From Felis catus (taxonomy: Eukaryota): DNA of 64,000 bases. Below, piece by piece: positions 22,940 to 35,072 of the stretch (the stretch's first letter is position 1; each line of letters starts with the position of its first letter). The stretch covers positions 23,872,001-23,936,000 of the forward strand of contig NC_058383.1 of NCBI RefSeq assembly GCF_018350175.1, in the 5' to 3' direction. Both the position numbers and the translations under genes were made by a program. The notes beneath the pieces were generated by a model. That model was given only the letters and a program-made list of their open reading frames with translations. It made no database searches and had not been told where the DNA came from.

Positions 22940-23132
22940 AATTTTTATTTTAGAGACAGACAGAGAGAGAAAGAGCAGGGGGAAGGAGTAGAGGGAGAAG
23001 GAGAGAGAGAAAATCTTAAGCAGGCTCCATGAGGGGCTCGATCCCACGACTCTGGGATCGTGACCTGAGCTGACCTGGGATCATGACCAGAGTCAAAATC
23101 AAGAATCAACCGATTGAGCCATCCAGGCGCCC
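22940..23132 (-). mobile_element. CAN-SINE
   Basis: Reverse-strand head '...ccaggcgcccc'; 'ctcagcaactattt' on both flanks. Confidence 0.88.
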
Positions 23133-23394
23133 CCCTCAGCAACTATTTCTAATTCTCACTCCATGGAGCCCTTCTAGCTCTGGAAGATGGTGTCAGGCAC
23201 CCTAAGGAGTTGACTTTTCTTCCAACAGTATCTGCATCTCTATGTGCCAAGAACAGTCCCAATTTTGGATAGAAGCAGGAAGAGAAGCCATGTACATTCA
23301 CATGGAGTTCTCACCAACACATTGTGCCATTTGAAGCTGATCACAGGCAGGAGGTGGGAGAAAGGAAACAATAGCAACAAAAACCATGACTTAC

Positions 23395-23532
23395 ATTGAT
23401 CTCTATACTGGGCAGGATGTTGCAGTATTTGGCTGATGCCAGCCCCTGGGCTGACTTCTGATGAGTGCAGCTGGGACCGATGTATCTGGAGATTTCCATC
23501 CTCAGTTTTTTGAGCCCATAATTTGCTACCCA
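23395..23532 (-). CDS. VWA3A: VWA3A exon: WVANYGLKKLRMEISRYIGPSCTHQKSAQGLASAKYCNILPSIEIN
   Basis: ttctaaag| acceptor, |gtaagt donor; 138 nt. Confidence 0.9.
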
Positions 23533-24384
23533 CTTTAGAATAAAAGAAAGAACTGTTATCTTGGGTAATGTAGGCTTAATTGAATGATGGTCTGACTCAT
23601 CTATTAAAACGTTGTATTTGAAATCTGTCTCGTGTTTGCAGTGTGGGGTTTCTAGGTCTTCATGGAGCACCCAGGGCATGTAGATTCCTTCCCCTGCACT
23701 GGGGAGAGATGCACAAGAAATACCGGCAACAGGGAACCTGCTACTTTCTAGTCTGGTGGACGCTGTTGCTTTTCCAATAGCCATTTCAACTCTCTCCCAC
23801 AAAATTTGAGTGGAAAGCCATGACTAGTCTGAAGTTCAGATTCTAAACCAATTAGGGTGATCTCTGTCTCCTTGTCATGGTGAGAGATACAAGAACGGGC
23901 AGGCTCGCGGCAATCAAGCATGGCTCCAGGATCGAGTCAGGCTCCAGTCAGAACCAAGCTCAGACTCTTACTGAATGGTTGTGGAAAGAGACTCTCATTG
24001 AATGTTTGTATCTTCAGGATATGAACAAGAAGGGGGATTTGTCCTGCCTGCAGCCAGAAGGTTCTGACACCACTAAGTGCTTTACCCAAAATATACTTCA
24101 ATTAGTCATCAATCCTAGCAGATATACAACTGGATTCATTTTACAAACGGGGACACTGAGATTGGGTGTAGCTAAATGACTTGCCCAAGGTCACCCAGCT
24201 AGGAAGCAGCAGACCCAGGTTTCCAACACAGGTCTATTTAAACTCTTTTCCCATCTGCCATACTAAGCAGCCATTGGGAGCACATGCGTCTCCACGTCCA
24301 AGTATGTCCACCTACCTACGAGTGGAAGGTTGGCGGAAGGGATTATTGCTTGAGGGGTGTGTGCAGGTTCCAAGAACTTAATAC

Positions 24385-24482
24385 CTCTTGGCTTGAGCAA
24401 ACTGCATCCTTCCTGGGCAACTGGATAGAAGAGCTAACCCTTCGTATTCCCCTTCCTTGAGGGTATTTCTTGTAGACCGAGC
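24385..24482 (-). CDS. VWA3A: VWA3A exon: (G)SVYKKYPQGRGIRRVSSSIQLPRKDAVCSSQE
   Basis: cctag| acceptor, |gtatta donor; 98 nt. Confidence 0.92.
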
Positions 24483-25013
24483 CTAGGAGAAACAGAGTGA
24501 GGTTACCTCGTGCACCTCTCTTCCCTCTCCCCTCCACTCCCCTCTTTGGCTTCCTTTTGCATTTAATTTCTCTGTCAATCAAATCAGCTGGAAAATTCCT
24601 TAGGCCAATCTGCTGAAGGGTAGAGGGAGGCTGTTAGGTGGATCAGGGGAAGCGTTGGGACCTCGCCTCTCTACACATCAGTGAATCGTTACTGGGGGAC
24701 TTGTACCATTTTGCAGCAATCAATTGTAGGGGGGAGCGGGTAGGGACCCGAGGACACTCATCTCCACTGCCTTCCCAATTTCCCAATCAGCCTCAGAGCT
24801 GAGGACACTGCCTCTGATGGAGGATGAGCGGTGTCAAGAACTCGCACGCCCATTTCCCTGGACTGGGAGACCTGAGTGGTTTGAGGATACGCCTGCTCCA
24901 GAGACACTGCTGCCCGCGTCCTGGAACAGCTGGAGGGGTCTCCCTACCCACGGGCCTGCTGACCTTACAGTTCTTACAGGGCCATCCAGATATCTGTGTA
25001 ACCTCCTGCTTAC

Positions 25014-25124
25014 CCACGTTATTCCCCGTCTCCATATAAAACAGTGAGAGAGACGTCTCTGCTTCCCTCCACTTGGTCTTCCTCCTCCATTCTGCTGTCC
25101 CTTCTTTCACTGGCTGGGCTGAAG
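25014..25124 (-). CDS. VWA3A: VWA3A exon: (A)SAQPVKEGTAEWRRKTKWREAETSLSLFYMETGNNV(G)
   Basis: cctccag| acceptor, |gtaagc donor; 111 nt. Confidence 0.9.
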
Positions 25125-25530
25125 CTGGAGGAAAATTGGCCTGTTGGCTGGAGCAGCCTCGTGGGGTCATGCGGTGACGCTGTCCAGCTTGTCTGGAAGA
25201 CTTGTCAATTTCAGCTATGCTCTGCCCTTGAAATAGGCCTCCAAGATGGCCTTGAGGTCCTCAGGGACTACCCCCAAGTCTTCTGGCCTCACCTGCATCG
25301 GCAACAGCTAAAGCTGCCATTTACCAAGTACCGATGTGTGCCAGGCGTGGCGCTAAGTGCTTTCCGTAACCCGTATCAGCTTATCCTCAACGTGCCCCAG
25401 TTTATAGTCAAGGGGAGTGGGGCCCAGGATCCGTAAGGGCACAGCAAAGATTCTACCCAGGTCTTGCTGACTCCACAACTCTGCTCTGAACCATTGTGCT
25501 ATGTCTTTGACATTAGAAATAAGATACACA

Positions 25531-25745
25531 GGGGCGCCTAGGTGGCTCAGTCAGTCAAGCATCCAACTCTTGATCTCGGCTCGCATCTTGATCTCACTGA
25601 TCGTGAGTTCGAGCCCCACATCGGGCTCTGTGCTGGCGGCACAGAGCCTGCTTGGGATTCTCTCTCCCTCTCTTTCTGCCCCTACCCCTCCCTCCCTCCC
25701 TCCCTCCTTCCCTCCCTCCCTCCCTATAAACTTAAAAAAATTAGT
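25531..25745 (+). mobile_element. CAN-SINE
   Basis: Head, (CCCT)n tail; 'taagataca' on both flanks. Confidence 0.88.
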
Positions 25746-26062
25746 AAGATACATGGTCTTGCTTCTATGAGCTGAATACTTAAATAAAAATACTGAGGCC
25801 CTGTCATGACCAGCTGGCACTGGTCATTATCCTTAGCCAGTCTTGGGCCTAAATTTCTTTATCAGTGAAATGGGGAACTAATAGATTACCTGTCACACAG
25901 GACTGATTATGGTAAACTTTACTTGGGACAATCTTAGCAGAAGGGTGAGCACATGATAAAGACTCATGATCATCAGTCATTTTGGTTACCATTATAATTA
26001 ATACATGTCTTGGCCATGCCCTCCACCCCCCTACCCGCCAGCCTGAGCATGGTCACGCTTAC

Positions 26063-26153
26063 CTGGTGGGACGCCTGCTTTGCCACTAAGTGGCCGCCAT
26101 GTCAGAGCTTCCAAGGGGGAGCTCTTCTTTCTGTCACGGTCATCTTTAAGGCT
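26063..26153 (-). CDS. VWA3A: VWA3A exon: SLKDDRDRKKSSPLEALTWRPLSGKAGVPP(A)
   Basis: ttctag| acceptor, |gtaagc donor; 91 nt. Confidence 0.9.
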
Positions 26154-27691
26154 CTAGAAAACAGGCCGTCTTTCCTATCAGTGGCCTGTTCTCTGTAGCA
26201 GGCCCAGACCATGTGTAGCTTACTCCCGTCCCAGGGGCTGTGTTTCTGGAAGGTTCTGCCCACATGGGCACTGCCCTCATTCAAAGAACTCCACCAGGTT
26301 CCAGGAGCCAGCCTAGAGGCATCGCCTTCCCCTGCCTTCCCAAATTCTGGGATGAAACCCCAGTCTCAGCCTGTCCGTTAGGAAGCCATGCAGGGAGGGG
26401 CCTATGGGAGTCGATTCCTCTGACATGTTTGCCCCATCTCCTGCAGCAGATTCAGAGGCGACTGAGTTTTGAGGTGAAAAATTGTGTGCGTGCGTGTGTG
26501 TGTATTTAATAACAGGGAAGGAGGGCATGCTAGCATACCTGTGGGATTTGCCAGAACTTGCTTCAGTTACTGCCCTTCTTCCTAGGACTGGGATTTTTGG
26601 GCCTCTAGCATGACAAGCAACCATTTGGGTAACTTCTGTGCCTTCTTGGGCATCTCAGTTTTAAGGGAGGAGTCCTTCATTACTGGGCACAAGTGCAATG
26701 TGGCAATGGCTGAACAGAGTTACCCAGGGCCTTGGAACAACCAGCTCACACCACCGGGTGAGCTGCTGTGAAAAAGGCCTGGCTGCTGCTACCTGGCCCT
26801 CATTCCAGGAGCCTCTTTGGAGGCCTTGGCACAGCCCAAGCCTCTTCACTCTGAATCGGCTCGGAAAGCACAGAAGGCCCAAGACACAGCCCCTGAGACT
26901 CCGGGATTTCGTCCCAGAATTTGCATCTGGGCTGGTTCCTGTAACCTGCTTGAATTCTTTGAATGAGGGCAGAACCTGTGTGGACAGAACATCCTGGAAG
27001 TGCAGCCCCCGGGCTGAGAGTAGGCGACACAAGATCCGGACTGGTCCCCTCATTCTGCAAATGCATTATGTTTGCAAGGATCTGTCCATCAGTGAAACAT
27101 TGAAGAGCTCCAGGTATTTGCTGCTTCTGCTCACAAGCACTGTGGAGTCCGGAGTCATTCTGAGGTCCCTCTGATTTCTGCAGTGGGGTGGATATTTTAG
27201 GTAGGACAGGTTGGATCGGCTGTGACGGGGATAAGGCCCTAGCAGGCACAGGTCTACCCTCAGGGTCCTATCAGGCCCCTGCTAAGCCTTGGGCAGCAGT
27301 GGCTCCCATGGCAGCAGGAGCCCATTAGATACCCTTTGCCCAAACAGACCCTCCAGGATAAGCCCTCCTGCCTTACAGCCATCAGATGTAACAGTGGGTG
27401 CCAATTCCATGGAGTCCTTAGTACCCAGCACAGGAATCAAGCTGAGATAGCCAGGCAGAGCCAAAGGTGGATGGAGAGGAGGCCAGAGATGCCCCCAGAG
27501 CTGAGAAGCAGATCCCCTAGAAGAGGGGGAGATGGAGGTACCCCCGGGACATTGACCACTGAGCACCCTGCCCCCACCCTGCTGGCCCTGGGGTCTGGGA
27601 GAGTGGCCTAGGTCATTTTAAGATCTAGGAAAGACCAGGAGACAAGATGGCAACAAAATCCACGCTGTGTTATTAGGGAGGGGAGTCAAAC

Positions 27692-27844
27692 CATTCTGGC
27701 CACCGAGGGAGCTGTGGGCTTGGAAGAATAGAGTTTCCTGGGCTGACTTCTTTGCTTGAACATCTTTGGTTTTTCTTTCAGGAGGGCTGAGCTTTCCACT
27801 TCTTTCCCAGACTGGTTCTTCAGTGAGGACACCAGTAAGGCACA
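27692..27844 (-). CDS. VWA3A: VWA3A exon: [51 protein letters not shown]
   Basis: ttgcag| acceptor, weak |gtttga donor; 153 nt, phase 0 to 0. Confidence 0.87.
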
Positions 27845-28164
27845 CTGCAATGGGGACTGGGCGGGTTAGCAGCACCCCAGCCACGGTGTGCCTCCGAGCA
27901 GAGGACAGACAGGCAGAGTGCACATGCACAACACACACACACACACACACACACAGCAGGAGAGACTGGGTCCATTGGCACCTCTGGGCTCCTGTTTCTG
28001 GGGCCATAAGCACCGTGGATCAAAACTATTAATTGTAAGTCCCATGTATGTAGGGTGTGGGATCCCTCAGGCACTGGGCTAGTTAATTCCCTGGGGGTCC
28101 CAAACTCTCGTGCCAAGAAAGCATGCCAACTATGCTTTTAGGGCAAGTGCTATTAAAAAAAAAG

Positions 28165-28662
28165 TTAATGTTTATTTATTTTTCAGAGAGAGAGAGGTGG
28201 GGAGGGGAAGAGAGGGAGAGGCAGACACAGAATCTGAAGCAGGCTCCAGGCTCTGAGGTGTCAGCATAGAGCCCAATGAGGGGCTTGAACTCACGAACCA
28301 CAAGATCATGACCTGAGCCAATATCAAGAGTTGGACACTTAACTGACTGAGCCACCCAGGTGCCCCCCTTCATTGCCATTTTTAACAAGTATCCAGTGCA
28401 ATTTTTTATTTAATTTTTTATTTTTATTAAAAATTTTTTATTAAAAAAATTTTTTTAACATTTATTCACTTTTGAGGGACAGAGAAAGACAGAGTGCAAG
28501 CAGAGGAGGGGCAGAGAGGGAAAGAGACACAGGATCTAAAGCAAGCTCCAGGCTCTGAGCTATCAGCACAGAGCCCGACGCGGGGCTTAAACCCACGAAC
28601 TGTGAGATCCTGGCCTGAGCCCAAGTCGGACGCTTAACCTACTGAGCCAGCCAGGTGCACCC
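28165..28662 (-). mobile_element. Two tandem CAN-SINEs (about 28165-28366 and 28450-28662)
   Basis: Two reverse-strand heads 'gagccacccaggtgcccc' and 'gagccagccaggtgcaccc'. Confidence 0.88.
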
Positions 28663-28679
28663 TGTGCAATTTTTTAAAC

Positions 28680-28860
28680 ACCAACCAGCACTGGCAGCTA
28701 GGAAGGGCTACAGAGGGATTCTACTCAGAGACCTCAGAAGGAGTATGGCCCTTCTACCACCTTAATCGTAGACTTCTAGCCTCTGAAACGGTGAGAGAAT
28801 AAATGTCTATTGCTTTAAGCCGCCTAATTTGTGGTACTTTATATGGCAGCCGCAGGGCAC
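28680..28860 (+). mobile_element. MLT1-type LTR 3' fragment
   Basis: 'gacttctagcctctgaaacggtgagagaataaatgtctattgctttaagcc..tttgtggtacttt'. Confidence 0.75.
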
Positions 28861-28901
28861 AAGTAGAGAAGGGCAGTCGTTTGCCCACATGTAAGGCATA
28901 C

Positions 28902-28972
28902 CTTTTGGGAGTAGTTGAGAGCCTTTTCCATCTCAGACACGATGGCATTGATGTCATCGCTTTCGTAAATAC
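28902..28972 (-). CDS. VWA3A: VWA3A exon: (G)IYESDDINAIVSEMEKALNYSQK
   Basis: ttccag| acceptor, |gtatgc donor; 71 nt. Confidence 0.92.
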
Positions 28973-30054
28973 CTGGAAGCAAGGCACATCGTGAGCATGG
29001 AGGAGGGGTGTAGATCATGGAGAGCGTCCATATCTCTTTACATGAGGGCTGTGTGGAGGTGACCTGAGCCCGAGGGGCAGGAAGGGGTCCTGATGGGCTG
29101 TGCTGACCAGGTCCCCCACCCCCCACCCCCACAGCCCCACCCAGTGGTGAAGGGGATGGGCAGGTACATTGAAGTTACCAGTAGTGGGGCCAGCCCCAGG
29201 ACCCAGTGGCTTGCACCCAGCTGACTGCCTTCACCCAGAGGAAGGATGGGTTAGGCGTGATGGTCCCGCTATTCCAGTGAAAAAGAAGACCCACCTTGGG
29301 ATTAAACTATCTAGTGTCTGTAGTGAATATTGGTGACTTATTTGAGAGGGACTGGAATGTAATGACTAAGAAGACAGACTCTGAAGTTGGCCTGCCTGGG
29401 TTCAAGTCCTGGTTCCACCGCTTACTAACCACATGCTTTTGGATTCTGTCTCAGCTTTCCCATCTGTAAAATGGGGATAACCTACTTCAGAGGATCATTG
29501 TGAGGAATCAATACTAATACATGCAAAATGCTTGGAACTGTGTCTGGCATATGATAACTATTCTAGAAGTGTGTCCTGTTATTAGCAATCATCACCAACA
29601 ATAACTTCTATGTATATGCCCAATGCTTTTCATGGAAAGAGCTGGGAAACAGGACCCCAGGGTTCCAGCCCCAGCTATGCAACTGATTTTGTACCACAGG
29701 TAACTCATGTCCTTGGGAGTCATTTCTTTGTTTCTAAATCAGAGAGGGTGGAATGTACTAGTGGGTCCTGAGCCTCAATCACTCCTGTGTCCCAGTCATG
29801 ATTTTGCCTTATCTCCATACCACCTAATCCATTATCTGTATTATCACTTTTGTTACTTAAAAGCATATATATGTATATATGTAATTGAGACATATGTTAT
29901 TGACATAATGTATCACATAATATGACATGATATTAGGTTCATGTGTACAACAAATCATTTTGTTATATACATGAATATTTATATATATTGTGAAATGATG
30001 ATCATAATGTCTATCCAACATACTTAAAAGTATATTTTAAAAAAGAAAACTTAT

Positions 30055-30890
30055 GGGCATCTGGGTGGTTCAGTCGGTTAAGTGTCTAACTCTTGATTTT
30101 GGCTCAGGTCATGGTCTCACATTTCATGAGATCAAGCCCTATGTCAGGCTCTGCACTGACAGCACAAAGCCTGTTGGGGATTCTCTCTCTCTCTTTCTGC
30201 CCCTCCCCCGCTTGAGCTTGCTGGCTCTCTCTCTCTTTCTCAAAAATGAATAAATAAGACTTTAAAAAAAAAAGAAAAAAGAAAATTTATGTCACTTTAG
30301 AAAAGAGAAAGTTAGCACTTTTTTTTAAAGTGTTTATTTTTGAGAGAGAGAGAAAGAGGGAGAGAGAGAGGGACAGAGCGTGAGTGGGGGAGGGGCAGAG
30401 AGAGAGGGAGACACAGAACCCGAAGCAGGCTCCAGGCTCCGAGCTGTCAGCACAGAGCCTGATGCAGGGCTCGAACCCACGCACTGTGAGATCATGACCT
30501 GAGCCGAAGTCGGACTCTCAACCGACTGAGCCACCCAGGTGCCCCTGCACTTTTTTTTTTAAACCTAATTTATTTATTCATTTTTAACTAGGCTCTAGGC
30601 CCAATGTGGGGTTTCAGCTCATGCCATGGATATCAAGAGTTGCTGACTGACCCAGGCAGGCATCCTAGACAGTGAGTACTTTTTTTTTTTGTAAGTTTAT
30701 TTAATTATTTTGAGAGAGAGAGGTAGGCACGAGTGGGGAAGGGGCAGAGAGAGGGAGAGGGAGAGGGAGAATCCCAAGCAGGCTTCATGCTGTCAGCACA
30801 GAGCTGGCTTGATCCCACAAACACTGAGATAATGGCCTGAGCTGCAATCAAGAGTTGGACTCTCAACTGACTGAGCCACCCAGGCACCCC
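30055..30890. mobile_element. CAN-SINE cluster: about 30055-30285(+), 30320-30545(-), 30680-30890(-)
   Basis: Recognisable heads, bodies and tails. Confidence 0.88.
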
Positions 30891-30913
30891 AACAATTTCT
30901 TTTTTTGTGATAG

Positions 30914-31520
30914 TTGTAGGGGATCAGAATATGCATGCCATCCCAAAATATGCCAGTTTGGCATAGGATTATTTTGAGCTGAAGACAGTTGAGAAACAGT
31001 CAAAAAGTTCTCTACCCTCCTCCCACCTCCATTTGCCTAAGAGCAGGATGTAAATTTCCATTTTAGGGTGTCTCCCTCTGCCTTGCCAGGAAGAGGAGGA
31101 AAAGCACCGGAAACAACAAACAACCCTGGTTGTTACTAAAACAATTCTGACCTTATGTTAGTCCCCTCCTTCTGTTTGCCTTCCCACAGTCTACCGCCCC
31201 TAACCCCCTTTCCTTTGTCTTGTCATTTCTTTTTTTTTTTTTAATTTTTTTAAATCTTTATTTATCTTTGAGAGAGAGAGAGAGAGAGAGACAGAGAGAG
31301 AGAGAGAGACAGAGCGTGAGCAGGGGAGGAACAGAGAGAGAAGGAGACACTGAATCCAAAGCAGGCTCCAGGCTCTGAGCTGTCAGCACCAAGCCCGATG
31401 CGGGGCTTAAACCCACGAACTGCGAGATCATGACCTGAGCTGAAGTCGGACGCTCAACTGATTCAGCCACCCAGGCGCCCCTGTCTTGTCATTTCTTTAC
31501 AAATGCCTTGTCCTTGGTTA
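30914..31520 (+). mobile_element. ERV1 LTR fragment (MER34-like) interrupted by a minus-strand SINE at about 31230-31481
   Basis: 'tgtaggggatcagaatatgc..cccaaaatatgcc..tttggcataggattattttgagctgaag' resembles the MER34 5' end as I recall it; SINE TSD 'tgtcttgtcatttctt'. Confidence 0.62.
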
Positions 31521-31985
31521 AGACCCTATATTGGCCTTAACATATTTTTAAGGCAGGGCACCTGGCTGTGTCAGTAGGAAGATCCGTGTGACTCTTGATT
31601 TCAGGGTCATGAGTTCAATCCCCACACTGGGTGTGGAGCTTACTTAAAAATAAATCACTGAATAAGTAAGTAAATAAAATATTTTTAAGTAGGCTTGCTT
31701 TTTTTTCCTTTTCCTCTAAAAAATTGTGATAAAATATGCTTACCATAAAATTTACCATTTTAACCATGTTTTAAGGGTACAGTTCAGTGGCATTAAGTAT
31801 GTTCATATTATCTTGCAATCCTCACCACCATCCATCCCTAGAATAGGAATTCTGTTTTTTCAAACGTGATTTTCACACGCCCTTTTTCTGGAACATATCT
31901 ATGGCACAGGGAGCTATGTTGGTACCGAGACAACTTTCTGGAAGGAAAGAGGTACAGGGGCCTGCCAACACTCTCGTTCATGCAC

Positions 31986-32181
31986 CTGTGTCTCCAAACC
32001 AGTGGAAACGTCCGGCCGTGGCCTGGGTGATCTCCCGGTAGGCGGCGGCTGTGTCGGTGCGGCTGGCATAGCGGGCAGGGGGCATGATGTCCATCTGGGG
32101 CTCGCCCACGTAGAAGAGACATATGTTCAGCTGGAGATCGCAGCCCCCACAGGCCTCAGCCATGTAGGCGCTGAGCATGGG
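31986..32181 (-). CDS. VWA3A: VWA3A exon: PMLSAYMAEACGGCDLQLNICLFYVGEPQMDIMPPARYASRTDTAAAYREITQATAGRFHWFGDT(G)
   Basis: ctcacag| acceptor, |gtgcat donor; 196 nt. Confidence 0.93.
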
Positions 32182-32924
32182 CTGTGAGGGGAGAGAGGGC
32201 AGGAAGGCCCCACAGCTGAGGGCTCCTGTAGCGACTGGTTTCAGGTCAGTTGAGCCTAATCCTCCTTCTTCAGGGCCTGTTGTGTGCCTGGTCTAGTACT
32301 AGACGCTGAGGACAGAAGGATAACTGAGCTTGGGCCACAATTTCTCTGTCTTAATAGGTAAGGCCAGGGGGGTGGACCTGAGAGCCTGGCCATGCTGAGT
32401 GTGGTCTAGGGACCAGAAGCATGGATGTCTCCCGGGAGCTCGACAGGAAGGCAGACTCTCAGGTCCCAGGCCAGGCCTTTGGGAACAAGGTCTGCATTTT
32501 CACAACATCCCCAGGTGACTTTTCTGCACATTAAAATCTACTTTGTGCGGCGGGGGGGGCCCTGGGAGGCTCAGTCGGTTATGCGTCTGACTCTTGGTTT
32601 CGGCCCAGGTCATGATCTCACGGTTTGTGGAGTCTGCTTGGGATTGTCTCTCTCCCTCTCTCTCTCTGCCCCTTCCCTGCTCTCTCTCTCTCTCAAAATA
32701 TAAATAAACTTAAAATGTTTAAAATAATAAACTTTAAAAAGTAAAATAAATAAATAAAAAATAAATAAACTTAAAAAAATTAAAAATAATAAATAAATAC
32801 ATACATAAATAAATACATAAATAAAATCTCGTTTGGAAAATCATGCTGGGGAAACCTGTCGCTAGGCGCCCACCTAGGGGAAGACGTGGGGTCAGAAAGG
32901 ATGCCCGGGACGAGGCCTACCCAC

Positions 32925-33069
32925 CACGTCCTGGTCAGGGATGCCACCCGTGAAGAGGTAGATGCCCTGAGATTGGTGACCGTCTTTGTCCTTGAAATCC
33001 ACTTCCACAGCCTTCCGCAGGGCGCTGAGGACGTTCCTGCTGCCGTGACACTGCAGAGTCAGGGCCCAA
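32925..33069 (-). CDS. VWA3A: VWA3A exon: WALTLQCHGSRNVLSALRKAVEVDFKDKDGHQSQGIYLFTGGIPDQDV
   Basis: cctcctag| acceptor, |gtgggt donor; 145 nt. Confidence 0.92.
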
Positions 33070-33214
33070 CTAGGAGGCAAGGAGGGCCTTGCTGAGGGAG
33101 GCTGGCTGTGAGGCCCCGGAGGGAGGTCAGGGATTCTGGTGGAGAGGGGGACAGAGAAAACAGAACCGCAGAGGCCGCCCTGAGACACAGCAGGTGCCTC
33201 TGACAGTCACCTAC

Positions 33215-33289
33215 CGCCAGGCGCTCTGCAAGTTTTCGTGGTTCACGGCAACCATCTCTGGCCTCCAGCTTTCTATTGTGCTTCCAAAC
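33215..33289 (-). CDS. VWA3A: VWA3A exon: (A)FGSTIESWRPEMVAVNHENLQSAW(R)
   Basis: ctgccaag| acceptor, |gtaggt donor; 75 nt. Confidence 0.9.
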
Positions 33290-34381
33290 CTTGGCAGGGA
33301 AGGAAAGAGGGTGTGTTCTTAAGCAGGAGATCTGGCCACTCTACACCCCAGGTCTTTGGGCTCCCAGGTCTTTTAGGGGAGCAAAATTCTGACTACACCG
33401 AAAAATGCTAGGATGTCCCTGGCCTGGGCCAGCCGCAAGATTTCCTTGCTGGTCCTGACGTGTCACAGTACGTTCCCGGTATGAGCAGAGCTGAGGGGCT
33501 CTCAGTGGAGACACAGAGCCAGGACCAGCTATGGCCAGGGTTCCTTTCTGACACCAGCTCCCTTCTCTGGGTGAACTCCCCACCCCCAAAGGAGAGAGTC
33601 ATTTCCCCCTTTTTAAATCCCCCTAGCACTGATTCAGCCCCATAACTCATTTTTTTCACTCTGTCTGCACGATAGTTTTTAATTAAGAAAAAAAAATGCA
33701 TCATCTCATTTCCCCATGAGGCAGAATTTAAATCCTTGAGAAGAGGACTGGTTGCCTTTCTCAAAGGCAATCCCTTTTCTATCTCAAGATTAAGTCTTCT
33801 ACCTGATCTTCTGAGACCTGCCCACAGACGTCTCCCTCCCCCTCAAACTCCTTCCTCCTCTCTATTCCACTCTTCCCCCTTGTCTCTGTGAATGTTCAAG
33901 CCTATTCTTTTTTTTTTTTTTAAGTTTATTTCTTTATTTTGAGAGAGAGAGAGAATCCCAGGCAGGCTCTGCACTGTCAGCACAGAACCTGATGCAGGGC
34001 TGGAACCCATGAACCATGAGATCATGACCTGAGCTGAAACCACGAATCAGACACACTTAACCAACTGAGCCACCCAGGCACCCCAAGCCTGTCCATTCTC
34101 AAAAATAACTTCCTCTTTCTACCAGGGACTCTCTATTAGCCACTTCTCTTTTGTATGTATGGACGAGCTCCCTGGAAAAACAATGTCCCAGCATCTCCTT
34201 ACTCCTCAACCCACTGCAGTCAAGCTTCTGGTAGGTTCTCTGGCAAATATTAACAATGACCTTGGTCATGATCTCACCATCCTGAGATGGAGCACTGCCT
34301 CTTCAGCACGCCGACAGTGCAGAGCCTGCTTCAGATTCTCTCTCTCAAATTCTCTGTCTCACACACACCGCCCCTTGCACA

Positions 34382-34437
<56 letters not shown>

Positions 34438-34852
34438 ATAAACAAATAAAACTTAAAATAAAACCAATGACCTTCTTCCCCCTCATGAAAATATGTATTG
34501 TAGTTGGTAATAAATCCTCTATTACAACTGGATAAAAATTTTAACAACATCTAGAGAGTGAAAATTTGTCCAATTTTATTCCTCAGAAAAAAATTGTTAA
34601 CTTTTTACTCTATATTCTTTCAGATTAAAAAAAAAAAAAGCACAGGTGTGCCTGGCTGGTTCAGTCTGTAGAGCATGCGACTCTTGATCTCAGTTGTAAG
34701 TTCGAGCCCCATGATGGGTGTAGAGATTACTTATAAATAAAATCTTTAAACTAAATTTAAAAAATAAATGTGTAAAACTTGTCAAATCACTGAGTTGTAC
34801 CCCTGAAACTAACTAACATTGTGTGTCAACTATACTTTAAAAAACAACCACA

Positions 34853-35072
34853 GGGGCGCCTGGGTGGCGCAGTCGGTTGAGCGTCCGACTTCAGCCAGGT
34901 CACGATCTCACGGTTCGTGAGTTCGAGCCCCGCGTCGGGCTCTGGGCTGATGGCTCAGAGCCTGGAGCCTGTTTCCGATTCTGTGTCTCCCTCTCTCTCT
35001 GCCCCTCCCCCGTTCATGCTCTGTCTCTCTCTGTCCCAAAAATAAATAAACGTTGGAAAAAAAAAAAAAAAA
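34853..35072 (+). mobile_element. Young SINEC_Fc-type SINE inserted at the A-tail of a short L1 3'-end fragment
   Basis: CpG-rich near-consensus body; TSD 'aaaacaaccacag'; upstream 'gttgtacccctgaaactaactaacattgtgtgtcaactatacttt' resembles an L1 3' terminus. Confidence 0.93.

Noticed and set aside
14683..33292. Three AAG| acceptors (exons starting at 14682, 23532 and 33289)
   Set aside because: Less common than CAG or TAG but still canonical AG; frames are consistent and nothing else is anomalous.
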